A stretch of DNA of 64,000 bases, from the NCBI RefSeq assembly GCF_009914755.1, contig NC_060936.1; one strand, written 5' to 3'. The stretch comes from the human T2T-CHM13v2.0 reference genome, Homo sapiens. Below, one piece after another: positions 22,066 to 36,614 of this stretch; the first letter of the stretch is position 1, and every line of letters begins with the position of its first letter. The notes under the pieces were generated by a model that was not told the DNA's origin, did not search any database, and worked only from the letters and a program-made list of their open reading frames with translations. The translations under genes were made by a program, and so were the position numbers.

Positions 22066-25000
22066 ATATATATATTCATTCTTTATTAATAAATAAATGC
22101 TAATTAATTTATTTAAAAATAATTACATGAATGAATTAATTAATATAGATTTGGTATAAATGTTAGAAAATACAATTTTTCAAATGGAATAAAACAACCA
22201 AAAAGAAAAAAGTTCACCTGTTATCTCAGCAAGCAGAGATGATCACTCATATATATATATAATTGTTGTATGGCCTTCCATGGTTTTTCTATGCACATAG
22301 AAATGTTCTTTCTATGTTCGTTGCAGCATTATTCACAATAGCCAAGATATGGAAACAATCTAAGTGCCCATGGATGTGAATGGATAAGAAACACAGGCAC
22401 ATATAAAATAAAATGTTATTCAACCTTAAAAAAGAAGGGGATCCTCTCATTTGCCACAACCTGGATGAATCTGGAGGACATAATGGTAAGTAAAACAATC
22501 CAGAAACAGAAAGAAAAATACTGCATGATCTCATGTATACATGGTATCTTTTTTTGAAAAAAAAAAAAAAAAAGTCTGATACACAGACATAGAGAATAAA
22601 ACAGTTGTTATAAAGAGTTTGGGGAGGAAATGTGGAGATGTAGGTCAAAGGATATGAAGTTGCAGATGTGTAGGATGAATAAGTCTAGGGAGCAAATGTA
22701 CAACATGAGGACTGTAGTTAATACAGTTTGAGTATTTCTTATCAAAAATGTTTGGGACCAGAAGTGTTACAAGAAAGGGGTCCTGATCTGGACCCCAAAA
22801 GAGGGTTCTTGGATCTCAGGAAAGAAAGAATTCAGGGCAAGCCCAAGGTGCAAAGCAGAAGCAAGATTATTAAGAAAGTAAAGGAATAAAAGAATGGCTA
22901 CTCCACAGACAGAGCGGCCCCAAGGGCTGCTGGTTGCCCATTTTTATGGTTATTTGTTGATGATATGCTAAACAAAGTGGATTATTCATGCCTCCCCTTT
23001 TTAGACCATATAGGGCAACTTCCAGATGTTGCCATGGCATTTGTAAACTGTCATGGCACTGGTGAGAGTGTAGCAGTGAGGACGACCAGAGGTCACTCTC
23101 ATCACCATCTTGGTTTTGGTGGGTTTTAGCCAGCTTCTTTACTGCAACCTGTTTTATCATTAAGGTCTTTATGACCTGTACTTTGTGCTAACCTCCTATC
23201 TCATTCTGTGACTTAGAATGCTTTAACCATCTGGAAATGCAGCTCAGTGGCTCTCAGCCTCATTTTACTCAGCTCCTATTTAAAATGGAGTTGCTCTGGT
23301 TCACATGCCTCTGACATTTCCCCCCTCCCTTTTATAAGAGAACCCTTAATCCTAAGGGCTGCACAGGGATGAAAATCCATCTTTAGTAACTTCTTCAGGC
23401 TGAATAGGGGTGATGGTATTCCTACCTAACTATGAGAATATCTTGTGTTCAGGGTAGAGACGCGCTCAGTCAGAAAGCATCAGTATGGTGAGGGACATTT
23501 ATGACTCTTAAGTTCTGACAAAAAGTAATATTTGGAAGATGAATAAGTGTTCAATTTAAGAAAACATTGAGTAAGCTTATCCTTATGCCTATACAGAGTG
23601 CCATAGCAATGTATTCCACAAGAGTAAAGCAAAATAAGTAAAAATTATCTCAAGTAAACTAAATTATAAGAAGTTCCAAATTATAAGGGCAACTGTTGGA
23701 ACCAAGCTGATATGACATTGCTAGATGATTCCAATATGTCCAGAATTGGAATATTGATCCAGATTTTTACATTACTCATCCCTCTTGTTTCTTCTGAGCA
23801 GCAGCTAGAGATCACTGGTTGGTTCACAGGAATAAATTGCAGCAACTAACTTAAAAGCAACTGATGAGACTAGAATTTAATAACAAGTGTAGCATAATTC
23901 TTGAAACACAGTTTCTCTCTCCAGTTTCCCATTTTTTACTAAAGACAAATCATAGTAACACTGATTTGCTTTATTATACTTGGCCTGATTTTTTGTATAA
24001 AGTGCAGCAAGAATAATTATTTTTCACATAAGCCTTTTGTAATTTCGCTTTGATGGAACTCTGCTCCATAGAAGGAATCTCAGATAAGACTTTTTAGAAC
24101 CAAGCCTTGCAATGAGTTTGAACCCTCAAATACCTATGAGTTGGGTAAATTTCTCTCCTTTTGAGGTCTGTGTAGGCAAGTATGAGGCCAATTCCCCAAA
24201 GGGATTTGCTTGGCTTTACAAGTCAGGTTTGATTCCTTAAAGGAAAGCATGCTGTTCCAGTCAAAGCCTTGGTAAAATAACCAGTTTCTCCAATTGTGTC
24301 CTGTTACAAAAGAAAACAGATTCTTATTGCACTTATGCAAATAACTATATTGCTAAAAGTTGAGAATACTCACAGATAGTTTCCAGATTCTGGGGAAATC
24401 AGGTAGAGAGAAACAAACATGCTCCAAATTTTGTTCAGAGGAGTATACTTTACATAATTGCTACAAGCTGTAAATAGCTCAAAAGTTTCCTTGACTCTGA
24501 AAAACAAAACAAAGGGTCAGCAACATTTTAAGCAAAGTCAAAAAGATTACTTTAGTCTTCCATTGTTTCGGTTAATTTAGTTAACCCCTGTTCTTGATAT
24601 TCATGAACATTTCACCTCTCTGTGAGAGTTCTGAAAGTTTTTCTTCTATTCTAATGTCACAATTTCCAAAGTTATCAGAAGCTTGCATTTTAGAACATCT
24701 GTCAAAGTCCTATTGTTGATTATAAAACCACCTTTTAAAGAGGATTAAAACAAGAAAACGATTGTCTGTGGATAACAAAATCTTTTAGGACAGCCACTAT
24801 TAAAGCCACGATTGACTAGGAAATTTGGGTTACCTCTGTGCACACAGTAATTTTATGTAACAATTATAATTATTAATAACATACAGATCATGAGAAGGTT
24901 TTTCCTCTAAGAAAAACCTGTTGTGCTTTTACTCCAATGTCTAACTTATGGAAAAAATGAATAATACCCCTTTAGTTTTAGCCAATGTCCACATACAGAA

Positions 25001-25441
25001 TCCTTTTTTACAAGATTAGTTTTTTACACTTTCCATAACTTGCTTAAACCTTCAGCTTTATTCTATCTAACTGAAAACAATTCTTTAATCCTTTAATTTG
25101 GGCAAGAAAAATCCACATTCCCATACCTTCTTATAATCTTTCACCAAAAACACATTTCACTTTTCTTACACACTTTGCATGTAGAACTGTTCTTTCAGTA
25201 GTCTTAATTATATGTTACAATGCTAACTCTTTTACTTTTGATGAAAACCTTGGTAAGTTTGGGATTTTAATTATGTACTAGGTGTGCAGCCTAGGATAGC
25301 ACACAGAAGTGCAGATAAGGACTGACTTTTTCCAGCATAGCTACGGGGTGTGGCTAACTCCACATGTCCCTGGCCTTATCTAGAATCTAATGCTCCAAAG
25401 TAGCCAAAGTAGGTAAACTGAACAATTTTCAAAAGTCAAAG

Positions 25442-25745
<304 letters not shown>

Positions 25746-26160
25746 AGTCAAAGCAGCAGTTTATGACCTTAAGGCATTTAGCAAACTTAATATCTGACCT
25801 GCATAATTTAGACCAAATGTCTTTATTTTACCAGTAATCTTTAAAACTGTTTTTATTTCCCAAAGATTACTTAAGTCACATGAACTAAAAGGCATTACAC
25901 TTTTTACTTATGTGACAAAATATTTGATTTAAGCTTATTATTATTAAAGCAATTAATTAAAATTCTTTTATATTACACACACATACTACATATAAATACA
26001 TAGACAAACAGAAGACAAAGGATGATCCCTTAAGCTGGGAATTCAACCCCGAACCCGGGCTGCCATTGTGATGGCAGAGACCAAGAGAAAGTACTGCCAC
26101 GTGGTTGCAAGGTCAAGCTCCCAAGGACATGACTGACCGGAAGGAAACCTCATCCAGTTT

Positions 26161-26165
26161 GCGCG

Positions 26166-26220
<55 letters not shown>
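26161..26220. repeat. Compound microsatellite (GC)n(AC)n(AG)n
   Basis: Read directly from the sequence. Confidence 0.95.
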
Positions 26221-26221
<1 letters not shown>

Positions 26222-28212
26222 CCAGAAGTCTGGCTGGTAAGAAATTCTTACCCTTTGGCCAGCATGCCAGGCTTCTGGGTTCCCTCTCCCTGAGACCTGG
26301 CTGGCTGCATCACAGCCCTGGGGGCCAAGCTGCAACACAAAGGAAAATTATCTTTTTCCATCTGGCCAGAACAAAATATGTGTGACAAAACATAGACATT
26401 ACCACTGTGCTTAACACCCAATATCAAACTGGCAAGGCTCAAACTTGCCCCCATCATTGTTAATCCAACCTCCAACCAAGAGTTTCAACATGTGGTGTCT
26501 GGGTAAGATGGTCACCCTGAGTAATAGAAAAGATAATAAAGGGAAAGGAGAGAGAGAAAAGCATTGCCTGTGGCAGGGTGGAGAAGGCGAAATGCTCAGG
26601 GAGGCCAGAAAAAGACCCACCCATTGCAGCACCACTGAAAAGTTCAGGCGGCCACTTGTCAGTCAAGAAGTGATCTTTTCCAGCAGTCCCATCAGCTCTC
26701 AAGTTTCCCCTTTTAGGGAGGAAAAAGCATTCCGTGTCCCAAGATTCTGTACATGCCTAATCCTGTCACCCACAGCCATCAGCAGAGACTGCCAGGCAGA
26801 TTAATCCAAAGAGAATAGCAGTTAACAGGCTGTAGTACCAAGCCCATTCTTAGCCAAGAGGGATTTTATGAGAAGGACTTTACTGAGAGGGACTTCTAAC
26901 CCCCTAAATCTTGGAAGGATTTCTAACACTCCTAATTTGGGCCTCTAACCCATTTGGGTGTCCTTGTCTTTTATCAAGAGGAGGCTTTAACCCTCTCTGT
27001 CTTAGGAGAAACTCTAACTCTCCTAAGTTGGGCCTCTAACCCAATCCCATTCTTTACCCAGGTACCCCACCACTTACCCCAAGTCGGCTGATCAATCTAT
27101 TGCCTTTGGGTTGGGAGGCTTCTTCGGTATTGTACCTTCCGGGTTTGGCAGAAAAATGTTACCAGACCCCACCACTTACTCAAAGTTAGCTTTTGAGTTG
27201 GGGGTTTCCTCACTAGTTGCTTCTGCGGTGGCCAGAAAGATGTCACAGGACCCCACCACTTACCCAAAGCTAGCCTTTGGATCAGGGGTTTCCTCACAAT
27301 AGTCGCTTCCACAGTCGCCAGAAAGATGTTACAAGACCCCAACACTTACTGCGGGTTTCTGCACTATAGCCCCTTCGTGGTTGCCAGAAAGATGTTACAG
27401 GAAAAGGGTCCCAATCCAGACCCCAGAAGATGGGGTTCTTAGATCTCGCACAAGAAAAAATTCAGGGTGAGTCCATAGAGTAAAGCGAAATGGCTACGCC
27501 ATAGACAGAGCAGCTTCGAGGGCTGCTGGTTGCTGATTATGATTATTTCTTGATGATTTGCTAAACAAGGGGTGAATTATTCATGCTTCCCATTTTTAGA
27601 CCATATAGGGTTCCTGACATTGCCATGGCATTTGTAAGCTGTCATGGTGCTGGTGGGAGTGTAGCAGTGAGGACGACCAGAGGTCACTCTCATCATCATC
27701 TTGGTTTTGGTGGGTTTTAGCCATCTTCTTTACTGCAACCTGTTTTATCATTAAGGTCTTTACAACCTGTACTTTGTGCTAACCTCTTATCTCATTCTGT
27801 GACTTAGAATGCTTTAACCATCTGGAAACGCAGCTCAGTGGCTCTCAGCCTCATTTTACTCAGCTCCTATTTAAGATGGAGTTGCTCTGGTTCACATGCC
27901 TCTGACAGAAGTAGTTCAGATTTTTGATTTTTTGGATTTTGGAATATTTGCATACATATTATGAGATATCCTGGGGACGAGACCCAAGTGCAAACTTGAA
28001 ATTCATTTGTTTCATATACACCTTACAAACATACCCTAAAGGCAATTTTACATAATATTTTAAATAATTTTGTGCATAAGACAAAGTTTTCACTGCATTT
28101 TGACTGTGACCTATCACAGGAGGTTAGATGTAAAATGTTCTACTTGGGCATCGTGTCAGTGCTCAGAGTTTTAAGTTTTGGACTTTTGTGGGTTTTGGAC
28201 TTTTTAAAATGT

Positions 28213-28550
<338 letters not shown>

Positions 28551-29504
28551 TAATATTGTATTATATATATGGGATTTTTGCTAAAAGAGTGGATTCTAGG
28601 TGCTCTTGCCACAAAAAAGAAGTGACCACGTGAGATGATGGATATATTAATTTTCTTGACTCTAGTAACCATTTTACCACGCATATGTATACCAAAACAT
28701 CACGTTGCACACCTTAAATACATATAATTTTTAAAGCGGAGAAAGTGTTAAGCCTAAGGTCAACAATGGTTCTATAATTCCGGGCCAGCTAGTCCCATAA
28801 CTGACTGTGTCTGTTTACCCACTTGGGGTTCTTGGATCCTCAGGGTTCATAGATGATAGTGATAAGGATCTAAGAACTAACATGGATCTATATTTCAAAA
28901 GGCCTCAAACAGGCTAAACAGGTTAACTAAATGGTGAGGTATCCATACTGTTAGCAAGGCTTCATTAACTTGATGTGATAATCCTAAATTTGATTGGCAA
29001 TTTTATATACCTTTGAGTAATAAAAATGGGAAATGAATTAATATATTAAAGTCAACACTCAAAACTCATTAAATAGTATACTTAATATCTGGACACTGCA
29101 TTGCATATAATTTATACTTTAATTAAAATAAAAAATTAAAGCCGATCATCAAAATCTTTGAAAATCTGGGGCTTTTGGAAGGTGGGGAATAATAAAAATG
29201 GCCTTTGGTAGTGAAAAACCTGGGAAGCTAGTAAGTGGTCTCAGAAAAATAAGTGGTTTTACTCTCTTCTTGCCCAAGACTAATGGTTTAACCTGTGCTT
29301 AAGGTCCTGGCTCTTCTGCTAGGACCTTGTTTCTCTACTTCCTCTCTCTGCCTTCCCTTCTTGACATCCATCATCCTCAGAGCTCTTTATCTGGAACATA
29401 ACTCTGTCTAGAACCTTGAACTATCATCACACCCCTCTCTTTACTGCTAGCAGTCTCTAAACTACTTGCTCCTGCCACCACTCCCCTGAAATCATGCCTG
29501 ATTA

Positions 29505-29700
29505 GGAAATTCTGGCTCCACCACTTAGAAGCTGTGTAGCCCCAGGAAAGAAGGTTAACTTCTCTTTGCCTTAGTTTCCTCATCTGTAAAATGGACTTAA
29601 AGCAATACCCATCTGATACAGTCATAAAGATTCCATGACTTGGTCCATGTGCAGCACTTAGAACAGCGTCTGGCCCGGGTTTTGTAAATTATTGTGACCA
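29505..29700. mobile_element. MIR
   Basis: agtttcctcatctgtaaaatgg core. Confidence 0.7.
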
Positions 29701-31374
29701 TTGTTCCTGTTTTCTGACTTCTCCCAAATAACTCCACACTGCATCCTCCCAAGACCTTCTTGGTCTCCTCTGCCAGATCCCTCCTCCTCCCAACTTTCTG
29801 TGTAGAAGTAGCTCTTTGGGCCTCGACTCTTCTTGCTCCACATATTCCAAATTCTTTCCTTTTTAGGGCTTCAGGGCTGTAGTGTCAAGTTTCATTCTAC
29901 AAAGGCATCTTTCAGATCTTTCTTCCCAGTCTTTTTCACTTTATAAAACTAGAATTCCTTTGCGTTATGAAATAGGATCTCCCTCATAAATACAACTTGA
30001 TCATGATCATGCCACTTAACATGTCACATGTTTCTTCATCTGTAAAATGAGAGGGCATGAAAGAGAGGTTATCTCTCAGGTTCTTTCCTTCTCAGAAACA
30101 TTTCCATAAATTCTTTTCAGACTCCTGCTGCCTTCTGGACTGCTCCATTAGGATGTTTATCATTACCTCAGATTCCACATGCCTGAAGCAGAACGCATCA
30201 CCTGACCTCACATGCCAGCATTCTATTTCTGTTAAAGATATAATGCACCTTCTCCTTGTCACTCAGACTTGAAACTTGAGTATGGCTTTCATACAACCTC
30301 ATATCTAATCAGTTGCCAAGTCCTGCCAACATTCCTTCACAAAATCCTTTTCCTTTCCCTTATTCCTTACAGTTTCACAGCCTGAACTTTGCCACAGTCA
30401 CTCTCCGCCACGCTACCTCCTGCTTCTTGCCCTCTCCCACCTATAGAGGCAGATTCTTCCTGAAAAGACAGTCTTGCACATTCCTCTTTCTGCCTTGCCA
30501 ATCATAACTGTTCCCTCTACAGGATGAGGTCTAATCTCTAGAACCTCAGACAGCTTTCTCTTTAATTTATGCTCCCACTATATTCCTTCTAATTTTCCAT
30601 TCCTGCAATGGGTCTACTCTTATGCAGTTTTCTGCTTTGTTCACACCATCCCCCTGATCCTGGACACACCCTCTCCACCTTCCCATGAAGCCTATGCTAA
30701 CTTAAGTATGACCTTTCTTTCAAAGCCCAGCTTGCTTGCTTTTTTAAAAAATTCAAGCCAACTCTTCTGTGATGCCTTTCTCCAATGACCAACGCAGGCA
30801 TTGCCAAATACCTCCTGGGGGCAGGGAGAGGGACATAATTGTTCCAGTTGAGAACCTGCTTGACTGTTTACCTGTGATGAATTCTTACAGCAGTTTCGTG
30901 TAGATTACTCACTGGCTTATAGCAAGGGGGCTCATATTTCAGTAATCTTTTTATTTACAATTTCAATTCCTTGGGGACAAGGACCATACATCTCAAAGGT
31001 CTAGTATATGGTGACAGTAAACACATGTTAACAATAAAAATGAGGACTAAATTTAAAAAGAAAGCTATGATCACCTGCCTGCAGACAATATATTCAGTGA
31101 GCATCACAAACACCATCTTCCCATGGAAAACAAAACAAAAATGGGAACATGAAGCAATGTGGATAGCCCTACCTCATAGTTTTCATTAAGTTTACCACCT
31201 GATCTCCTTTACATTTGATCTGGGCGTGTGGGATTTATGTAAAAATGCATTTAGTATTGTAAAGAACTATATAAACGGAAGGTATTTATCATTACTGTCC
31301 CAGCCACTATGCTTGGAATGTTTAAGAATTCTTGGCATGATTTCTAAAAGTCCAGAGAAGGAGTTGTATTAAAG

Positions 31375-31600
31375 AAGTGGTTCTCAACTGGGGACAATTG
31401 TGTCCCTCTCCCTGCCCCCAGGAGGTATTTGGCAATGCCTGGAGACATTTTGGGTTGCAGTAAGTGAGGGGGTGCTGCAGGCATCTAGTTGAGAAAGACC
31501 AGGGATGCTGGTAAACATCATACAATGCACAGGACAGCCACACACAACAAAGAGCTGTCTGGCCCCAAATGCCAGTAGTGTGAAGGGCAAGAAGCCCTGT
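31375..31600 (+). mobile_element. MER20 hAT-Charlie element
   Basis: agtggttctcaactgggg...tttggcaatgcctggagacatttt...ggccccaaatgccagtagtg. Confidence 0.85.
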
Positions 31601-32619
31601 GTTACAGAAGCTCACAGGGGATGAGTATGGACCCCCTCTTTGTGGGGCATGGAGATGAACCGCTAACTTCCTTGGACAAATTGCCCAGTGCATCCTATCT
31701 TAACAGGATCCCAAAACCTGCTCTTAATCGTTCCATAATTCCTCTTGTCTTCAAGTTCCCATATGATCTTTTAAATGTCTGTTATCAACATGACCAGCTT
31801 ATGATGTTGGTAACTAACCTATCTATATCAGAAATTTTGAAACAATTCCAATTTATTCAAGACAGAAAAAATAAACTCTAAAGTTAATGAAGTCAACCTA
31901 TAACTGGATATAGGAGGACAGACTGTATATTACATTTAAAAAAAAAACACCAAAAGAATTGAATCTTAATTAATTAGAACAGTGAGTGTATATGAGTAGT
32001 GTGAATACCAACAAAATTAAAAATATTTCTTGTCAATTGAAAATTAATGGATTTAAATAATTACTAAAAACTCATGCAGTTGAAAACAGCCTGGAATATT
32101 TCAGCCCTTGAGAAAAATCTCTTTATTTGCATATATGTTTTTTGTTCTAAAGATATTTCTGATCAAGGATTGCTATTGTACTAAAAAAGATGGATACAGT
32201 TTTGTGTGTTTGTTTTTAAGCCCTAGCTAAGTTATGACTCCTAACAAAATACTCAAGGAAAAACAGAAATAATAAGAACTTTAAAGCATCACAAAGTGCT
32301 GCATATAAAGAGGATCATTTATAAAAAGAAATCTTAAAAATAGACTTTTATTTGAAAAGAGAAAATGTAATAAAAGACACTATATAATTCAATACCAGAT
32401 GATGGTTACAGTCTCAGAACAATTCCTTTCTCCTCTCTGGGTCTCTGTCTCCTCACCTTAAAATAAGAAGATTGGATTAATGGCTGCTCTCTCAAAGACC
32501 TCTCCCAGTTCTCTGAATTAATGATTCTATACACTATTTCTTAATGAATCACTTCCAAAGATAAGAAGGTGGACTTGTAGACAAATCTCTTGAATAGTTG
32601 CCTTTGTAGGCCAATAGGC

Positions 32620-32800
32620 CTCAGTTCTAACAGGACATTGGAACAAACTGGGGAGCTTTAAAAAAATAAAAGTGATAAGGGGACACTACACACACAACAG
32701 TCTCTGACTTAATTGGTATAGGACAGGATCCAAGCATGGTTATTTTAAACGCTCTCCAGAGGAGAGCATTCTTATGTGCAGCCAATGTTAAGATCCCCAG
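32620..32800. mobile_element. MER5-type element
   Basis: ctggggagctttaaaaaa...tctgacttaattgg...atgtgcagcca. Confidence 0.55.
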
Positions 32801-34169
32801 ATTGAGAATAAAAGTTAAAACAAAAGAAGCTAGTGCTCAGGTAGGTAAGATAAATGGGCAAAGCAGACTGGGCATAAGGAACTAGAGAACACATGTCCCA
32901 TCTATTTCCCTCCAACTAGTGGCAGGAATGAGCCTGGTCTTTTTATTTTTATGTTTTTCAATAAATGCCAGAAATCAAAATTCTAAGTGAAATTCTGATA
33001 TTTAAGAGTTGGCAACTAATTTCAAATAATTTTAAAAGAAAGCGTAAGTCACATAAAATATGCCCACAAGCTTAATTTGGCTCTCTAGCCACCAGTTTGC
33101 AACCTAAACAAAACCGGTTCAATAAATTAAACACAGTGTTTTCTCTGTGCTCTGACCTGTCTGTCTCCTGCTCAGAGCCTCTTTCTCCTATACCTTGGTC
33201 CATAGCCTATCCCTTTCTTTTTCCTTTCCATTGTCGCTTTCTTTTCCAACCTTCGCCATTCCTAAGAGATGGAAACTGAGATCTACACATTAAATCTTCA
33301 TGTGGCTCTGGCTGTATCACTGGACAGGCGTCTATGCCTGGGAAAATTCAGGTTATAAACTGTAACCTGAGGCTGTGGCTCCATGATGTCAACAAATGGT
33401 TGGTTTAGTAAAATCAGGGGGAAAAGTCAGTCAAGCTCATAATTTCACACTACTAAGACTAAGACTTTGTCAAGCAACATATGGAGGTCCTCATTTAATT
33501 TCTGATGTTTGTTTTGTTTTCCTTGCTTTAAATCTAAACCAATGCATATCAAAATCACCCCTGATATTTTCTAAGCTCCCATATTTGGGCTCCATCCCAG
33601 GCCAACTAAATCTGAATCTCTGGAGTTGAAGTCTTGGCACTGACAGCTTTTAAAACACCCTAGATGAGTCTAATGTGAAGTCTGCTCTGAGACTCACTAA
33701 TCTAAAACCATCACCTGACCCTGAAGATTAGCAGCATGCTTAATGCCAGATGACTATCATCTTGAATAGTTTTTTTAAACTTGTTCAAGGACTTTCTCAG
33801 CTCTGCTCTCATTGTATCTTCACAACTCTGAGGTACGCAGCACTGATACTATTATTAGCATTGGACAGATGAGAAAATGAGGCATAAAAATGTGAAATGA
33901 GTTGCTCAAGGGTACCCAGCTAGTTATTGCCAAAGACACATTGTAACCTCACTTGAAACAGAGTTACTTACTAATAGTAGAGGAATTCAGTGATTGGGAA
34001 GGTAACATGGTTAGGGGAACTCCTCTGTTATTAGTAAGGTTATCACTAGAAAACAAATATGTGATCAATTTTCAGAAATAAGTACAACAATATTTTTAAA
34101 TTTAAAATCTTATTTTAAATCTAGGGTCAGTGTCTTTTTTTAGGTTATTGAAGTTAATCTTTTAATTTT

Positions 34170-34390
34170 ACTTAAAATTTTTTTATTTCAATAGATTTTG
34201 GGGTATCAGTGATTTTTGGTGGTTATATAAATGAATTGAAAGTGATGAAATCTGAGACTTTAGTGCACTTGTCATCTGAGTAGTACACATTGTACCCAAT
34301 CTGTAGCTTTTTATCTGGCATCCTCCCTTCCAACCTCTGGCTTCTGAGTCTCCACAGTCCATTATATTACTCTGTGTGCCTTTGCATACA
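34170..34390 (-). mobile_element. L1 3' end fragment (L1PB-like)
   Basis: Antisense L1 3'UTR signature. Confidence 0.7.
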
Positions 34391-36606
34391 AGATGTCTTT
34401 TTCGAAGTCTGTCACACATTCTTCAAAGTACTTCTGTGCACATACTTCTCCTACCTCCTCACCACCTTTCATAGATGTATATTCTCCCAGAGACTAAAAA
34501 GATCCAGGTAGTTTCCATCAAGATATATTTTCAGAAAAGTATTTTTAAAAGATTACATAGTCACAGAATTTCAGAGGTAAAGGGAACTTTACTGATCAAC
34601 TTTCTCTCCCTCCTCTGGTAGATATGTTTAATTCAATACATATGGAATGCTAACACTATACCAAATACTTCACATTCATTATCTTCATTAAATCTTTACC
34701 ATCACTCAGTAAAGTGGGTACCACCAACACTACCACCAGCATCATCATTCCCATTTAGCAAAAGAAAAAACTGAGGCTTAGAGATGCCAAACACCTTGCC
34801 CAAGATTCCTGGGTGAGTAAGCTGAGGCCTGATATTTATATTTGACTCAGAGCCTAAGCCCCTATTCACCACCTTCCATCACCTGGAGTAACAACAGTCC
34901 AAAATGTGAAGGATAAACAAATACTTATGAAAATGCCAGTGAGGTGATCAGTGAACACTTCTCCCAAGAGGTGGAAAAGTGGCATCAGGGATAGGCCATC
35001 ACAAGTACACAGGATTTCAGTAGGCATTCTGGACTGGAATCCAATCCACACAGATATTGAAGCAGAAAAGTGATAGGGAGGGAATAGGGTGAACTGTGAG
35101 AAAGAAAATATCAAGAGAAAAAATTGGAAAGAGATGAGAAGGCAGATTGTGAAGGGTCCTAAGTGTATGGCTAAGGAATTTAGACTGTATTTGTGTGCAA
35201 TGGAAACCCTCAGAGGTTTTTAAAAGCAAGGTCCTTTAACAAAATGTGAACTGAATTTTAGAAATATAAACCTCATGAAAGAATGGAGATTTAATTAGGG
35301 GAGCATAACTTGATATGGAGGAGAGACCAACAGGAAAGCTGTTCCACCTCAGTAACTGGCTGTTTCACTCTTAACCATATGTTGTGCTTGCATTTTTCTC
35401 CACCGCCCACTCCCACTGCCCCTAGGTTGTTCAAGGCACCTCTATATCTGTTTCATATGTCTCCAAGTCTAGGTAAGGTGACAGGGACCTGAACTTGGGC
35501 AGTGGAAATGGAGACAAGAGGACAAGTGTGAGGGGTATTTTCAAGGGCCTGGTCACTGCTCAAAGTGGGAAGGGCAGTACGAGAAGGAGAAGCAGAGAAG
35601 AAAAAGACTCTCATTTTCAAACTTAGGAGAAGGGGAACAGATGAGATATAGAACGGAAGGGATGGCCAATAATATCACAAAGAGATGAACAAGATGGCCT
35701 GATCAAGGTCTCAAGGTCTCGATCCAACAAGTATTTATTAAGCAGGTACTATGTGCTGGACATTAGAGGAACAATGAGTAAAATCGGTTTTTGTCCACAA
35801 GCATCACCCAGAGTAAAGAAAAGAGTAGCAATAGTCAGATATCAGAAACATGGTGCTCCTTTCATTAAATGGCCTTAATTCATGAAGCATCATAAAAAAT
35901 ATACATAAACAACATACATATAGGTTTAAAGCTCCAAAACACCTTTAAAATCTATTCATCTATCTGTTCAATTATATTACAGTCAAAGAAGAGTGCAATA
36001 AGTACTTGCTGTTCCTTCTTCCTGTTCCTTCCGCTGGCCTTCTTCCCTCAATTATGGAAATAGCTGATCCCTTTTCATCATTCGGGTCTGAGGACAAATG
36101 TTATACCCTCACACCGCCCCTCCCGGTGAGTCACTCTATTTCAAGCATCCTCCCCCATCACATGATCCTGTTTTATTTCTTCATTGCACTAAGAATACCT
36201 GAAATGTATATGCCTACATTTATATAGTCTATTTCCCCCTGAGAACGGAAGCTTCATAGAAGGTGAAACAAATCTTGTTAGTTGCTGCCAGTCGCACAGT
36301 AAGCCCTCTGTAGAAAATGTTTATTGGCCACATTTTTTTAAAAAGCGAATAAACCTCAAGATTAAGACCTCAAACCAAACTATTCCAGTTTCCAATTGCT
36401 TACAGCGACATACTGAGAAATCGAGTGACTCTCAAGAGAAAGGCCATTTTGAGGCTGGGGTCGAACCAAAATCCAGGGGGTCCACACCAGGTCAGTACCC
36501 CGGAATTGGCTGTTTTGCAAGATTTCGGGAGTACCAAATTGGCATGAGACATTTGACAACGAGGCCAGCCATGCACCGAGCTCAGGTTTTATTTCCGTTG
36601 TCCTTC

Positions 36607-36614
36607 TGACGTCA
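36607..36614. promoter_or_regulatory. Full CRE (TGACGTCA) within a 14-bp palindrome
   Basis: TTCTGACGTCAGAA at 36604-36617, in intron 1 at the CpG island shore. Confidence 0.55.
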
